A stretch of DNA of 59,346 nucleotides, counting the filler. It is 9 parts of 9 records of this genome, joined end to end, with 100 filler letters (N's around TTAATTAATTAA, not from the genome) between each part and the next. Parts side by side here need not be neighbours in the genome. Positions count along the whole stretch, not along the records: positions 10,624 to 16,602 come from SRR31147125_49858; positions 16,703 to 22,241 come from SRR31147125_49906; 7 more parts are not named here. One strand, 5' to 3'. The translations under genes and the position numbers were made by a program. Position 1 is the stretch's first letter. Each line of letters opens with the position of its first letter. This document shows, piece by piece, positions 10,692 through 21,592 of this stretch. The notes under the pieces were generated by a model. It saw only the letters and a program-made list of their open reading frames with translations. It searched no databases and was not told where the DNA came from.

Positions 10692-13600
10692 ATGAAATCA
10701 ATATTTCTTCTCAGCATATTACTCCTTACCTCCTCACTAATCTCTTTTTCGCAAAGCGATGATATCAGGTTTAGACGAGTATCGCCTCCGGGTGGATATA
10801 GTTTCCAGGCTATTCATTCGTTTAATAAGGATAAATATGGTTATATATGGATGGGAGGCTTTGATGGCGTTTTTCGATACGACTCGAAAGAGATTGTACG
10901 TTTTACTTATAATCCGGAAGATGTAAATGGTTTGCCCAGCAATACCATAACTGCAATTGCTATTGATAAGGATAATAACATTTGGGTGAGTACAAACAAA
11001 GGCCTTTGCTTATTTAATCATAAAACCCAGGAATTTAACAGGATAAACTACAGCTACGAAAATGGTTCGCAAAGTAACAACAACCTGTTTTCAATTCAAT
11101 TTGACGGGCAAGGTAGATTATGGATTGCCGACGAATATTATTTCGGATATCTCGACCATGAGGAAAATAAACTTATACGAATTACCGATGGACTAAACAA
11201 TGCTCCGCGCCTTCTGTACAACGACGAAAACAATCGTTTATGGCTGGGAACGCTTAATGGTTCAATATTATGGTAAATCATGATGAAGAAAGGGTTGTAA
11301 AAAAAATAGAGGGCCCGGGTTCGTTAGCGCGAACAATTTGCACAAGTACAACAAATATTTGGGTGGGTTACTATAACACGGCGCACGGATGTACGATTTG
11401 AATGGGAATTTAAAAATTCATTATACAAGCTCCGAAAATCCGGAGTACAATATTAAATCGGCCAGTATCCGAAAAATATACAGAGATACACAAGGACAAA
11501 TCTGGATTGGCTCTTATTTTGGATTATTCAAGAGTATAGGAAATAATCTTACACATTTTAACCACGATGAATACGAAGGGCTGCCGCATAACTCAATATT
11601 CGACATTTTTGAAGATCACCAGGGAGGAATTTGGATAGGAACCTGGTCGGGCGGTGTGGCCTATTTGCACCATTCCGATAATAAATTTACAAACTACAAG
11701 CATTCGAAAGCACCGGGAGCAATTTCCGACAATATGATTAGTTCTTTTGCCCAAACACCCAACAAAGAGCTTTATGTGGGAACTGAACTTTTTGGTTTAA
11801 ATAAATTCAATCCTGTTACATCAACTTTTACTCCAATACAAGTTAGAAAAAACAAAGGTATACTAGATATTAAAGCACTTGAGGTTGACACGCAGGGAGG
11901 GCTTTGGATTGCATCGGCTTTTAACGGAGTGTATTATCGCCCAGAAAACAAACAGGCTTTTATACATTTTCCTGCCGGACGAGAAGATGGTAAACATGTT
12001 TCTTCGCGCGAAGCCTATTCTTTGTGTAAATGCGATTCGGGAATGTGGATTGGAACCAACCTTGGCGGACTAAATTTTTATAGCTTCAAAACGAAAAAAA
12101 TTACCTTTAAATCCAGCCAACCTCCATTTAATCAATTTCAAAATTTTAATATCAGAACCATATCGGTTGACTCTCACAAAAACTTATGGTTAGCAACACT
12201 ATCGGGAATCTATAAAATTCATTTACCAACGAACAGTACAACACTATTCAATATTACCTCAAAAAATAATCATAAAACCCAAAGCCAATCGTTCTATTTT
12301 GCCCGGCAATTATCTGATGGAAAAATTTGGATAGGTACCAGTGGCGATGGTGTATATATTTACGACATTGAAACCGATGTACTTAGTTTTTTCGATGCAA
12401 ATGGCCTACTTAAAAGGAAAGATGTTTATGGCATTATTGAAGGGGTTCACAATGATATTTGGATCACTTCCAGCGATGGTTTAATTCTTTATAATACGAA
12501 TGAAAAATCATCGAGAAGATTTGTGATTACTGATGGAATACAGGGCAACCTATTTAACCCTAATGCCATTTTTAAAGATAAAGATGGTAGCTTATATTTT
12601 GGAGGAACCAATGGTTTCAGCCGGCTTGAGCCCAAACCAATACAAACCAACAATAGACCTCCTCATATTCTTCTTAATAATATCGGGGTTAACAACAGAA
12701 AAATTATCCCCGTTCAGACCAGTGTTAGTGAGTATAAAAAAATAATACTAAAACCAAAGGAGACATCGTTTAATTTTCACTTTTCGGCCGATAACTATTT
12801 ATTGCCTGAAAAGAATGAATTCGCTTATCGCTTAAACAATTATGTTGACGAATGGGTACAAGGAGAAACCAATGGTTCGGCAAGCTATGTTAATGTACCT
12901 GCCGGTGAATATATTTTTGAAGTTAAAGCATGTAATAACGATGGAATATGGAACGAAGAGCCGGCAAGGATAAAGGTTGTCATTCAGCAGTTTTGGTACA
13001 AATCTACTGTGGCATTAATCCTTTATTCGCTCATTATTTTTATAATAATTATCGTGGTAATTCGGTTTTTCCGCGAACGTGTAAAATTAAAAAAGGCACT
13101 GTTAATCGAGAAAATGGAACACCAGCAAGAAGAACAGTTGCACGAGATGAAACTGAAATTCTTCACCAATATTTCGCACGAATTCAGAACACCTTTAACA
13201 CTTATTAATGGCCCGGTAAAGCAACTTTTAAACGCCGATAATTTAACCGACACCCAACACAATCAGTTAGACACTGTAAAACGAAACACCAATAGATTGC
13301 TTCAATTAATCAACCAAATTATGGATTTGCGAAAGGTTGAAAAAGGAATGGCCAAATTAAATATTACAAAGGTTGAACTGGTTGATTTTACAAACGAAAG
13401 AATGCTTTCGTTTGCAGAGGAAGCCCGTTCGAAAAACATAAAACTATCGTTTAATTACAACAAAAGTTCGTGCGTAATTGAAGCCGACGAAGAGCAACTC
13501 GATAAAATTATTTTCAACCTGTTATCGAATGCATTTAAATTTACCCCGGCAGACGGAGACATCTCAATAACGCTACATGGCAATAAAACAGAAAATGCCA

Positions 13601-14724
13601 ACTATTTTTCGAACCAATTAAGCTTCGGAAAACTCGACAATGAAGATTATATAGAAATTGCAGTGCTCGATAACGGGCATGGAATAGATAGCCAGGATTT
13701 ACCAAACGTATTCGACCGTTTTGAAAGAGGAAAAACAAAAAAAGCCAGAAACAGTACGGGAATTGGGCTAAACCTTTGTAAAGACTTTGTATTAATGCAT
13801 CGCGGAGTAATTATTGTACAAAGTACTCCGGGTAAAGGAACGCGCTTTTCGGTACAGTTGCCAACCAAACAAAAGGCGCAAAAAATAATGTACCAAAGCC
13901 ACGAGCAAGTAAAAAATATTGAATCGTGGGAAACTTCAGAAAATGTACGTCCACAGCCCCAGGGGCAAGACAAAGGCACTAAAATACTGGTTGTGGAAGA
14001 CAACAAAGATTTACGCGAGTACATTGTTAGTTTACTTCAAAATCATTACTCGGTTTTATTTGCCGAAAACGGTAAACGCGGACTCGACGTTCTGCAAAAC
14101 CAAAATGTTGAGTTGATAATTTCGGATGTAATGATGCCTGAAATGGATGGTTTTGAATTTTGCCAAACCATAAAATCGCAGATAGAAACCAGCCATATTC
14201 CGGTTATATTATTAACCGCTTTATCATCGACAGAAAATACAACAACGGGTTTAGACAAAGGTGCCGATGCTTATATTTCGAAACCTTTCGATGAAAAAGT
14301 TTTACTCTCGCGAATTAATAACCTGTTGACACAACGAAAAAGATTACAGGAAAGTTATGCGAAAAAATTCGTATCGAAACAACCCATAGATGTTGGTAAT
14401 CTCGATAATTATTTTCTGAATAAAATAAATAACGTTATTGAAGAAAACATTACCAACGAAAACTTTACTGTTGATTTGTTAGCGAGCGAAATGGGATTAA
14501 GCAGAAGCCAGCTTCACCGAAAGCTGAAACAAATTTCAGGTCGTTCATCATCGGAGTACATTACAATGGTAAAAATTAAAAAAGCTACCTCTCTGCTCGA
14601 ATCAAAAAATTATAATGTTGATGAAGTTGCCTTTAAAGTTGGATTTAACAGCCATTCGTATTTTAGTAAATGTTTCAAAAAAATACATGGACAAACGCCT
14701 AAAGAATATTTGAAGAGTTTGTAA
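10692..14724 (+). CDS. Hybrid two-component sensor/regulator (beta-propeller, Y_Y_Y, HisKA, HATPase, REC, AraC), frameshift(s) near 11270-11380
   Basis: Reg_prop repeats (DKYGYIWMG, GLPHNSI), FFTNISHEFRTPL, NLLSNAFKF, STGIGL, SDVMMPEMDG, C-terminal AraC HTH (VGFNSHSYFSKCFKK). Confidence 0.93.
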
Positions 14725-14779
14725 ATCATTTTAACACCTAGTCCTGACAAATCAGCATAGATTTTGTTTGCTTAAGTTC

Positions 14780-14810
14780 GGAAGTTGGCCGACAGCTAGC
14801 TCCCTTTTTT
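14780..14810 (+). terminator. Probable intrinsic terminator after the hybrid sensor
   Basis: Imperfect stem GGAAGTTGGC/GCTAGCTCC followed by a T-run. Confidence 0.5.
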
Positions 14811-14862
14811 ATTGCTTACTGTTCTGTAATCCTGTTTAAATTCGAAACACTAATTCCCCAAT

Positions 14863-14912
14863 TCATTTCGCGCAAGGCTTTTATCATTTCGCCGATAAAA
14901 TATCTCATTTCG
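14863..14912 (+). promoter_or_regulatory. Three LytTR-type direct-repeat boxes
   Basis: TCATTTCG at 14863, 14884 and 14905, exactly 21 bp apart; -7-like TTACTTTG at 14947-14954; LytTR gene adjacent. Confidence 0.75.
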
Positions 14913-14957
14913 TCGATTCTTTTCTGCCCGGTATTTCAATTATCGCTTACTTTGAAA

Positions 14958-15068
14958 TGAAAACAAAAAAACAACAGAAAACAGAAACAGATTTTTTCAT
15001 AGGTTTATAGGTTTAGTTTGGTTAGTTAAACAATTCAGAAAACAGGGAGGCAGAGGTCTCCCTTTTTT
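14958..15068 (+). ncRNA. Candidate LytTR-controlled small RNA
   Basis: Lies between a promoter-like site and an intrinsic terminator; no convincing ORF; contains TTTTTTCATAGGTTTATAGGTTTAGTTTGGTTAGTT. Confidence 0.5.
15044..15068. terminator. Bidirectional intrinsic terminator
   Basis: AGGGAGGC-AGAG-GTCTCCCT hairpin with T-run on + and A-rich flank on the left; immediately past the LytTR gene stop. Confidence 0.75.
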
Positions 15069-15074
15069 ATGTAA

Positions 15075-15788
15075 TTACCCTTCCATTTTTTTCAAAACAC
15101 CCTCTTTATAACTTCGGCTTATGGGAATTTGTTTTTTACCAATTTCAATCAGCTCATTGGTAAACGATTCAATGGCATCAATTGCAATAATAAATGAACG
15201 ATGCACGCGTAAAAAATCATCCTGAGGAAGTTTGGCCTCAATGCTGGAAATGGTTTCGCGCGTAACAACAGTTTTGTCTTTTAAATGAATTTTTATGTAA
15301 TCTGCCAGGCTTTCAATAAAAAGAATATCCGGGAAATTTATTTTAATCATTTTTCGCTCCGAACGTACAAAAAACGACTCGCTTTTTTCTTGTTGAATTT
15401 CTTTGCTCTCAAATGCGGGCACTTGCTGTTTTTCGTTGAGGTATTTGTTTATTCCCTGCAACAAACGCTCGAACGAGATGGGTTTTAGCAAATAATCAAC
15501 AGCCTGCAAGTCGAAGCCATCAACAGCATATTCGCGATAGGCAGTGGTAAAAATTATTTTAATGTTTTTGTTGATGGATTTGGCAAACGAAAGCCCTGAA
15601 ATTTCGGGCATATTAATATCAAGAAAAATCAGCTCTATATTTTCGGTGCTAATAATATTAAAAGCTTCGATGGCACTTTTGCATTGTGCAACAACCTCAA
15701 TTGTTTCAATTTTAGACAGGTGAGTTTCTAAAATTTCGCGGGCCATTGGCTCATCGTCAACAATTATGCAAGGTATTTTAGTTGTCAT
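15075..15788 (-). CDS. LytTR-family response regulator
   Basis: IVDDEPMA, FLDINMP, FTTAY, DYLLKP, FLRVHRSFI, IPISRSYK. Confidence 0.95.
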   Translation of the reverse strand: MTTKIPCIIVDDEPMAREILETHLSKIETIEVVAQCKSAIEAFNIISTENIELIFLDINMPEISGLSFAKSINKNIKIIFTTAYREYAVDGFDLQAVDYLLKPISFERLLQGINKYLNEKQQVPAFESKEIQQEKSESFFVRSERKMIKINFPDILFIESLADYIKIHLKDKTVVTRETISSIEAKLPQDDFLRVHRSFIIAIDAIESFTNELIEIGKKQIPISRSYKEGVLKKMEG

Positions 15789-16602
15789 TTATTACCGCTT
15801 TTAAGTCCTGAATAATTAGTTCTGCAAAATACCAATTATCTTCCTTTTTATTAAACAAGTTATAATTGTTTTGATAATTCAAATCCAGTCGTTTTCTAAT
15901 ATTTTGCAATCCAATACCACCATTTTGTCCGTTTCCATTTTGTTCTATAAAAGTGTTGGCTATAGCGAATTCCAGCTTGTTTCCAACTACTTTTACTTCA
16001 ATTTTAATTCGGAGAAAACCTTCAACCAAACTACCGTGTTTAAAGGCATTTTCAACAAAAGGAATAAGCAACATTGGCGCTATCTGAATTTCCTCATCAA
16101 TTTCTGATGCATCAAATTCAACTCTCAGCGTATCTTGAAATCGTATTTTTTCCAACTCTATATATTCCTGAATATGCAGAACCTCTTCCTTTAAACTCAC
16201 CATTGGTTTATTCACCTGGTACAAAATATAATCGAGCAAATTCGAAAGTTTCAAAATAATATCGGGTGTTTGCTGCGATTGTTTCAGTGCAAAACCATAA
16301 ATGGTATTTAGCGTGTTAAATAAAAAATGTGGATGAATCTGGCGTTTTAAATAATGCAGTTATGGTCTTTAAGTTGAAGTTGAGTTTCCAATATTTTATT
16401 TTGAAGTTCTTTATTGGCCGTTGCTGTTTTAAAGCTCTGGTTTAAAATACTCACAAAACTAATTACTCCAACTACAATAAATACAAGCAATAAAATAAAA
16501 AAGAAATTCTTGCCCATTGGAGGCATCAGCCTTACATCAAAATTCAGGATAAAAATCAGGCAAGTATAAATCAACAGGGCAATTATGTAAGATGAAAATA
16601 CG
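15778..16602 (-). CDS. LytS/YehU-type histidine kinase, 5'-truncated, frameshift near 16350
   Basis: Manual reading gives YLKRQIHPHFLFNTLN; also ELEKIRF, PFVENAFKHG, GGIGLQNIRKRL. Confidence 0.9.
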
Positions 16603-16793
16603 NNNNNNNNNNNNNNNNNNNNNNNNNNNNNNNNNNNNNNNNNNNNTTAATTAATTAANNNNNNNNNNNNNNNNNNNNNNNNNNNNNNNNNNNNNNNNNN
16701 NNAGCTACCTGCATTAATTACTAAAATATTCACTTCAACTATATTTAAGATTTATAATCTAACCCGGTATTTCCCGGATTGGTAACAGCAAAA

Positions 16794-18908
16794 TTAAGAC
16801 TTACTGTTTGCGTCTTCATCCTGTGCTTGTATGGCTGTAATTACAACGGTATTAAAAATGTCGTCGATAGTACAACCGCGGCTCAGGTCGTTAACCGGTT
16901 TGTTTAAGCCCTGCAACATTGGGCCAATAGCCAGTGCGCCGGTTTCGCGCTGTACTGCTTTGTAGGTGTTGTTCCCGGTATTCAAATCGGGGAACACCAA
17001 AACGGTTGCCTGTCCTGCCACTTCAGAGTCGGGCATTTTGCTTTTTCCAACATTTGGATCGACTGCTGCATCGTACTGAATAGGTCCTTCAATTTTCAGG
17101 TCAGGACGCATGCTGGTCGCTTTTTCGGTTGCTTCGCGCACTTTGTCTACTTCAACACCGCTACCCGAGGTTCCCGATGAGTATGACAATAAGGCAACTT
17201 TAGGTTCTATACCAAAAGCTTTTGCCGAATCAGCCGAAGAAACTGCAATTTCTGCCAATTGGTCGGCATTTGGACTAACATTAACTGCACAGTCGCCAAA
17301 TACCGAAACATGGTCGTCGAGACACATAAAGAAACACGATGAAACGGTTGATACTCCCGGACGGGTTTTAACAAACTGCAGTGCCGGAATAATGGTATGT
17401 GCTGTTGTATGCGCAGCACCCGAAACCATTCCGTCGGCGTGACCTTTGTAAACCATCATGGTACCGTAATACGAAACATCGAGCAAGGCATCTTGTGCCA
17501 TTTCTTCCGGAATGTTTTTATGCTTACGCAGTTCGTGGTAAGTTTTCCAGTAATCTTCGTAATGTTCCGATTCGGCAGGATTAATAATGTTAATTTCTTT
17601 TTCGTTAATGGTAAGGCCAATGTGGTCGGCTTTAGCTAATATATCTTCGCGTACGCCAAGTAGTGTAATATCCACTACATTTTGCTCAACAAGGTGAATG
17701 GCTGCTGTAAGTACCCTTTCGTCGGTTCCTTCCGGTAAAACAATATGTTTTCGCATCGATTTTGCTTTCGATACCAGGTCGTACTGGAACATGCGAGGTG
17801 TTAGCACGCTGGTGTGGAAGTGTCTGAATTTATCGAGTAAAAATTCGGTATCTACATTATCTTCGAAAGTGGCAATACTAAGTTCAATTTTACGAGTGTC
17901 GCAGGCCCTGATTTTTGGTTTTACATTACCTATTTTATAAGCCGCAACAAAAGTTACATCTTCAACCAAAATAATAGGAACAGGATTAGGTAAGCCTTCA
18001 ACCAGTTTTAAAATTGGTTTTTCAGGACGAATACCACCTGTTAAAACAATACCTGCAATGGTTGGGTAGTTTGCCGAAGCATTGGCCTGGAAAGCACCCA
18101 TTAAAATATCGGCACGGTCGCCAGGAGTTATAATCAGGCTGTTTTCTTCAACACGTTCAAGGTAGTTACGCAATTGCATGGCACCCACATCAAATCGTTC
18201 GGCGTATTTAGTCATCAGGTTGTCTCCCAAAAGAATTTCGCCGCCAATTTCGTCGTAAATTTCCTGGATAGTAGGGCTGCCCAGTTTTAATTCTTCAGGA
18301 ATAATACCGATTGCCGTTTCTGCAGGAATAACCTGTTGAAGTTCTGCTTTAACTTCATCGTAGTTCTCTTCAAGCACTCTGTTCATAAAAACAGCTTGTA
18401 CCTGAACGTCTTTTTCAGCAAAAGTTTTTACGGCCAAATCGAGATTAGACACAGCATCTTTAACTTCTTTGCCTTGTGCCGAACTTACTACAATAGTTGG
18501 GATTGAAAGGTTTCTTGCAATTTCAACGTTTAAATCGAATTCAAAAGCAATACCTTTCCCCGAAAAATCGGAGCCTTCAACAAGTACAACATCGTACTTA
18601 TTTTCAATGGCTTTGTATTTTTCAATGATTTTATCGATGAGGCGCGTCTCTTGCCCCAGATTTTTATATTTTACTACCTGCGACATGGTAAAGCCGTAGG
18701 CTTCTTTGTACTCCATATCCAGGTTTAAATGAGAAAGCATTGTCTCAATGTGATTATCTTTTTTCCCTTTGGGATAATCGCTGATAATTGGTCGGAAATA
18801 CCCCACACTGCTTGCTCTCGACAGTAACAGGTTTAATACACCTAATGACACTACCGACCTTCCTGAACGTCTTTCGGTGTTCGTAACGTAAATACCTTTT
18901 TTAATCAT
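16794..18908 (-). CDS. pta: Phosphate acetyltransferase, long form (AAA_26 + DRTGG + PTA)
   Basis: ITPGDRAD, IVLPEG, GAAHTT, EGPIQYDAA, FPDLNTGNNTYKAVQR, VNDLSRG. Likely start ATG 18908; TATTTTTG -7 box at 19003-19010 on minus. Confidence 0.95.
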   Translation of the reverse strand: MIKKGIYVTNTERRSGRSVVSLGVLNLLLSRASSVGYFRPIISDYPKGKKDNHIETMLSHLNLDMEYKEAYGFTMSQVVKYKNLGQETRLIDKIIEKYKAIENKYDVVLVEGSDFSGKGIAFEFDLNVEIARNLSIPTIVVSSAQGKEVKDAVSNLDLAVKTFAEKDVQVQAVFMNRVLEENYDEVKAELQQVIPAETAIGIIPEELKLGSPTIQEIYDEIGGEILLGDNLMTKYAERFDVGAMQLRNYLERVEENSLIITPGDRADILMGAFQANASANYPTIAGIVLTGGIRPEKPILKLVEGLPNPVPIILVEDVTFVAAYKIGNVKPKIRACDTRKIELSIATFEDNVDTEFLLDKFRHFHTSVLTPRMFQYDLVSKAKSMRKHIVLPEGTDERVLTAAIHLVEQNVVDITLLGVREDILAKADHIGLTINEKEINIINPAESEHYEDYWKTYHELRKHKNIPEEMAQDALLDVSYYGTMMVYKGHADGMVSGAAHTTAHTIIPALQFVKTRPGVSTVSSCFFMCLDDHVSVFGDCAVNVSPNADQLAEIAVSSADSAKAFGIEPKVALLSYSSGTSGSGVEVDKVREATEKATSMRPDLKIEGPIQYDAAVDPNVGKSKMPDSEVAGQATVLVFPDLNTGNNTYKAVQRETGALAIGPMLQGLNKPVNDLSRGCTIDDIFNTVVITAIQAQDEDANSKS

Positions 18909-19100
18909 CTGAAAATATTTTTTTAAGGAAGTGCAACTTTGAACCGTGTGCGTTAACACCGGCGAGGGCAATTCCTTCTTAACTCGAAACAAATTCTGTT
19001 GTCAAAAATACAGCTATTTCACGAATAATTGACTTTTAGAAATGTTGTGCAAAAATACAAAAGTTATTTAGTTGAGGCTCAGCTGTATTTTAAATAACTG

Positions 19101-20765
19101 TTAATACGCAAAACTACTGCCTCCTAAAAATTCACGAAGCAACGAGGTTGGCGGTATTTCATTATCATTAATTGGCTTAAAAAAAGACAGAAAATCAAGT
19201 AATCGTGTCGATTCAATGTATTCAGGCTGATTTTCGAGTACAGTTTTTAAGATTGGATCGGCATATTTTTTTAAAACGGCCAGTTCGTAAATAGTGGCCG
19301 AGTTAAACATTACATCGGCATTCTCCTGAAAAGGGAAAATATTTCGTTCTTCTCCTTTTCGTACCGAAGGCCAGCGTTTAATGGTTTCGGCAGCCTTATA
19401 ACCGCGATATTTCGAGTCTCTAATCATTCGGCGCAACAAGCGGTTGTCGGCTGTTGAAATGTGTGTATGCTCATCAACCGAAATTTGTGTTAATGCCGAA
19501 ATGAATATTTTGAATGTGTTTTCCTCTTGTATTTCGGTCAATAATCCCGGGTTCATTCCGTGTATTCCTTCTACAATTAATACATCGCCTTCGTCAAGTT
19601 TTAAGGTGTGTCCGTTTTGCGTGCGTTTCCCCAATTGAAAATTGAATTTTGGCAAGCGAATTTCATTTCCTTTAAATAGCTCAATCAACTGTTGATTAAA
19701 ATATTCAATGTCGATAGCTTCGAGTGCTTCAAAATCGTATTCGCCATGTTCGTCTTTTGGAGTGTGTTCGCGGTCGACAAAATAATCGTCGAGCGAAATT
19801 TGGAAAGGTCGCAATCCGTTAACCGCCAGTTGCACGCCCAATCGTTTACTAAAGGTTGTTTTTCCCGATGCCGAGGGGCCGGCAACCAGCACAACTTTTA
19901 CATTACCGTTTTTAGACGAAATCATATTGGCAATTTCGGCAATCTTCTTTTCGTGCAGGGCTTCCGAAATTTTTATGATATCGCCACTTTTTCCTTGCAG
20001 TGCGAAATTATTGAGGCTGCCAATGGTGGAAACATTCATAATCTCGGCCCAGTCTTTCTGCTCCTGAAAAATATCGAACAGCTTTTCGTGGTAAACAACT
20101 TTACGCAGTTTCTCGAAGTGTTTCCTGCGGGGAACTTGTAATAATATTCCGTCGAAATAAGGGAGTAAACCAAAATTGGAAATGTAACCCGTTGAAGGCA
20201 GGAGGTTACCATAAAAGAAATCGCCCAGCTCTTTCAGGAAATACAGGCTCGAATACAAATGTCCCTGTTGCTCGAAAAGTTGTGCCTTTTCTTCCAAACC
20301 CTGTTTCATTAATAAATCGACAACGGCGGTGGTTATTATTCCTTTTCTGATAAACGGAATATCATCGTTAATAAGTGCCTGCATTTTTTGTTCTATGGCT
20401 GCAATATCCTTTTCCGTAATTTCTCTTCCCAGTCCGGTAAGCTCGCAATAGTATCCATTCGAAATCCCATTCTGAACACGAAAAGTAACATGCGGGAAAA
20501 CGTCTTTAACCGCGGCATACATTACAAAAATAAGGCTGCGGATGTAAATGCGGATTCCGTCGGGGTGCGAAACATCTATAAATTCGATGTGTTTAGGTTT
20601 TACCACCAAAAACGAAAGCTCTTTTATTTGATGGTTTACAATGGCCCCGCAAACTTTGTTGCCCAGCTGAATATTTAAATCGATGCTAATATCGAGCAAC
20701 GAAGTGCCCATGGGGTATTTATGTGTCGAATTGGTGTTTTTGCAAAATATTTCTACTTCTTTCAT
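19101..20765 (-). CDS. Uridine-kinase-like P-loop protein with N-terminal TGS/ThrRS-like domain
   Basis: AGPSASGKTT, ISLDDYF, VEGIHG, DNRLLRRMIRD, WPSVRKGE, SLLREFLGGS. Likely start ATG 20765. Confidence 0.88.
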   Translation of the reverse strand: MKEVEIFCKNTNSTHKYPMGTSLLDISIDLNIQLGNKVCGAIVNHQIKELSFLVVKPKHIEFIDVSHPDGIRIYIRSLIFVMYAAVKDVFPHVTFRVQNGISNGYYCELTGLGREITEKDIAAIEQKMQALINDDIPFIRKGIITTAVVDLLMKQGLEEKAQLFEQQGHLYSSLYFLKELGDFFYGNLLPSTGYISNFGLLPYFDGILLQVPRRKHFEKLRKVVYHEKLFDIFQEQKDWAEIMNVSTIGSLNNFALQGKSGDIIKISEALHEKKIAEIANMISSKNGNVKVVLVAGPSASGKTTFSKRLGVQLAVNGLRPFQISLDDYFVDREHTPKDEHGEYDFEALEAIDIEYFNQQLIELFKGNEIRLPKFNFQLGKRTQNGHTLKLDEGDVLIVEGIHGMNPGLLTEIQEENTFKIFISALTQISVDEHTHISTADNRLLRRMIRDSKYRGYKAAETIKRWPSVRKGEERNIFPFQENADVMFNSATIYELAVLKKYADPILKTVLENQPEYIESTRLLDFLSFFKPINDNEIPPTSLLREFLGGSSFAY

Positions 20766-21010
20766 AACTTTAAAATAGTCGGAAGACCTCCCGATTCGAC
20801 AAAGCTCATCGGGATGCATCGGTGGCGTTCGCCAACCTGGCAGGAGTCCGAAGTCTGAAGAGCCGGCTCTTTAAGTCTTACTGTTTGTTTTGTAAATGTA
20901 GAAAAACACCTTGAAAAGAATACCGGTTTAACGGTTTGTTTAAGATTTATTAGGAAAAGAATTTGTCTGTATACCGGGTGCGACGGATTCCTATCCGCTG
21001 TTTTTTTAAT

Positions 21011-21060
21011 AAAGAGCCGGGGGCTGTATCCACACATTATTATACAGCCCCGGGCTTTTT
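21011..21060. terminator. Strong hairpin, bidirectional terminator-like
   Basis: AAAGAGCCGGGGGCTGTAT / ATACAGCCCCGGGCTTTTT inverted repeat. Confidence 0.55.
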
Positions 21061-21173
21061 CTCCTTGATTTGGAGAAGATGTTTGTTGCTTGCTCCTAAA
21101 TGCCTGGCACAGCGGATTCAGAACTGCCGTTTAAAAGAATAGTGTCGATTTTCATTATTTGGCAGCCCGTTAC

Positions 21174-21202
21174 GCGCTAAGCGGTTTTGAACCGCTTAGC
21201 GC
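21174..21202. repeat. Perfect 13-bp REP-like palindrome
   Basis: GCGCTAAGCGGTT-TTG-AACCGCTTAGCGC. Confidence 0.6.
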
Positions 21203-21592
21203 ATTATAACTGAAGTTTTTGTAGCTTTAAAACACGAGCCTGGTTTTAATTCAAAACAAGGGAATAACAAAACAGCTTCGCTTTTCGTGAGATTATATTT
21301 ACTTCTGATACACTAAATTCTAACTATTGGTTGAAATATAAGCCCGCAAATAAAAATATAGAATACATGGAAGGATACAATATTTCCACTGAGAGGAAGT
21401 ATAACATTCGAAATGACAAATTTGCTTTAGGACTTCGACTTTTCAAAGTCGAAAAAATTATATCGGATTTAGAAAAATCCAACTCCCGGAACGTATCGCC
21501 GTGTTAAGTTCGATGAAAAATCAGTAGACGCTGGAAATGAAAGGGTGTCCCAATTTTTCCCACCTCATTCCCTTTTTTCCTCATTCACTGAT

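Noticed and set aside
14947-15010. 17-aa ORFs MKKSVSVFCCFFVFISK (minus) and MKTKKQQKTETDFFIGL (plus)
   Set aside because: The minus ORF lies past the LytTR terminator and the plus ATG sits almost on the -7 box. Kept only as alternatives to the sRNA model.
20978-20990. GTGCG as a group II intron 5' end
   Set aside because: No domain V-like hairpin or reverse transcriptase nearby.
21367-21507. 46-aa plus-strand ORF MEGYNISTERK...
   Set aside because: No recognisable motif; cannot be told apart from a chance ORF.
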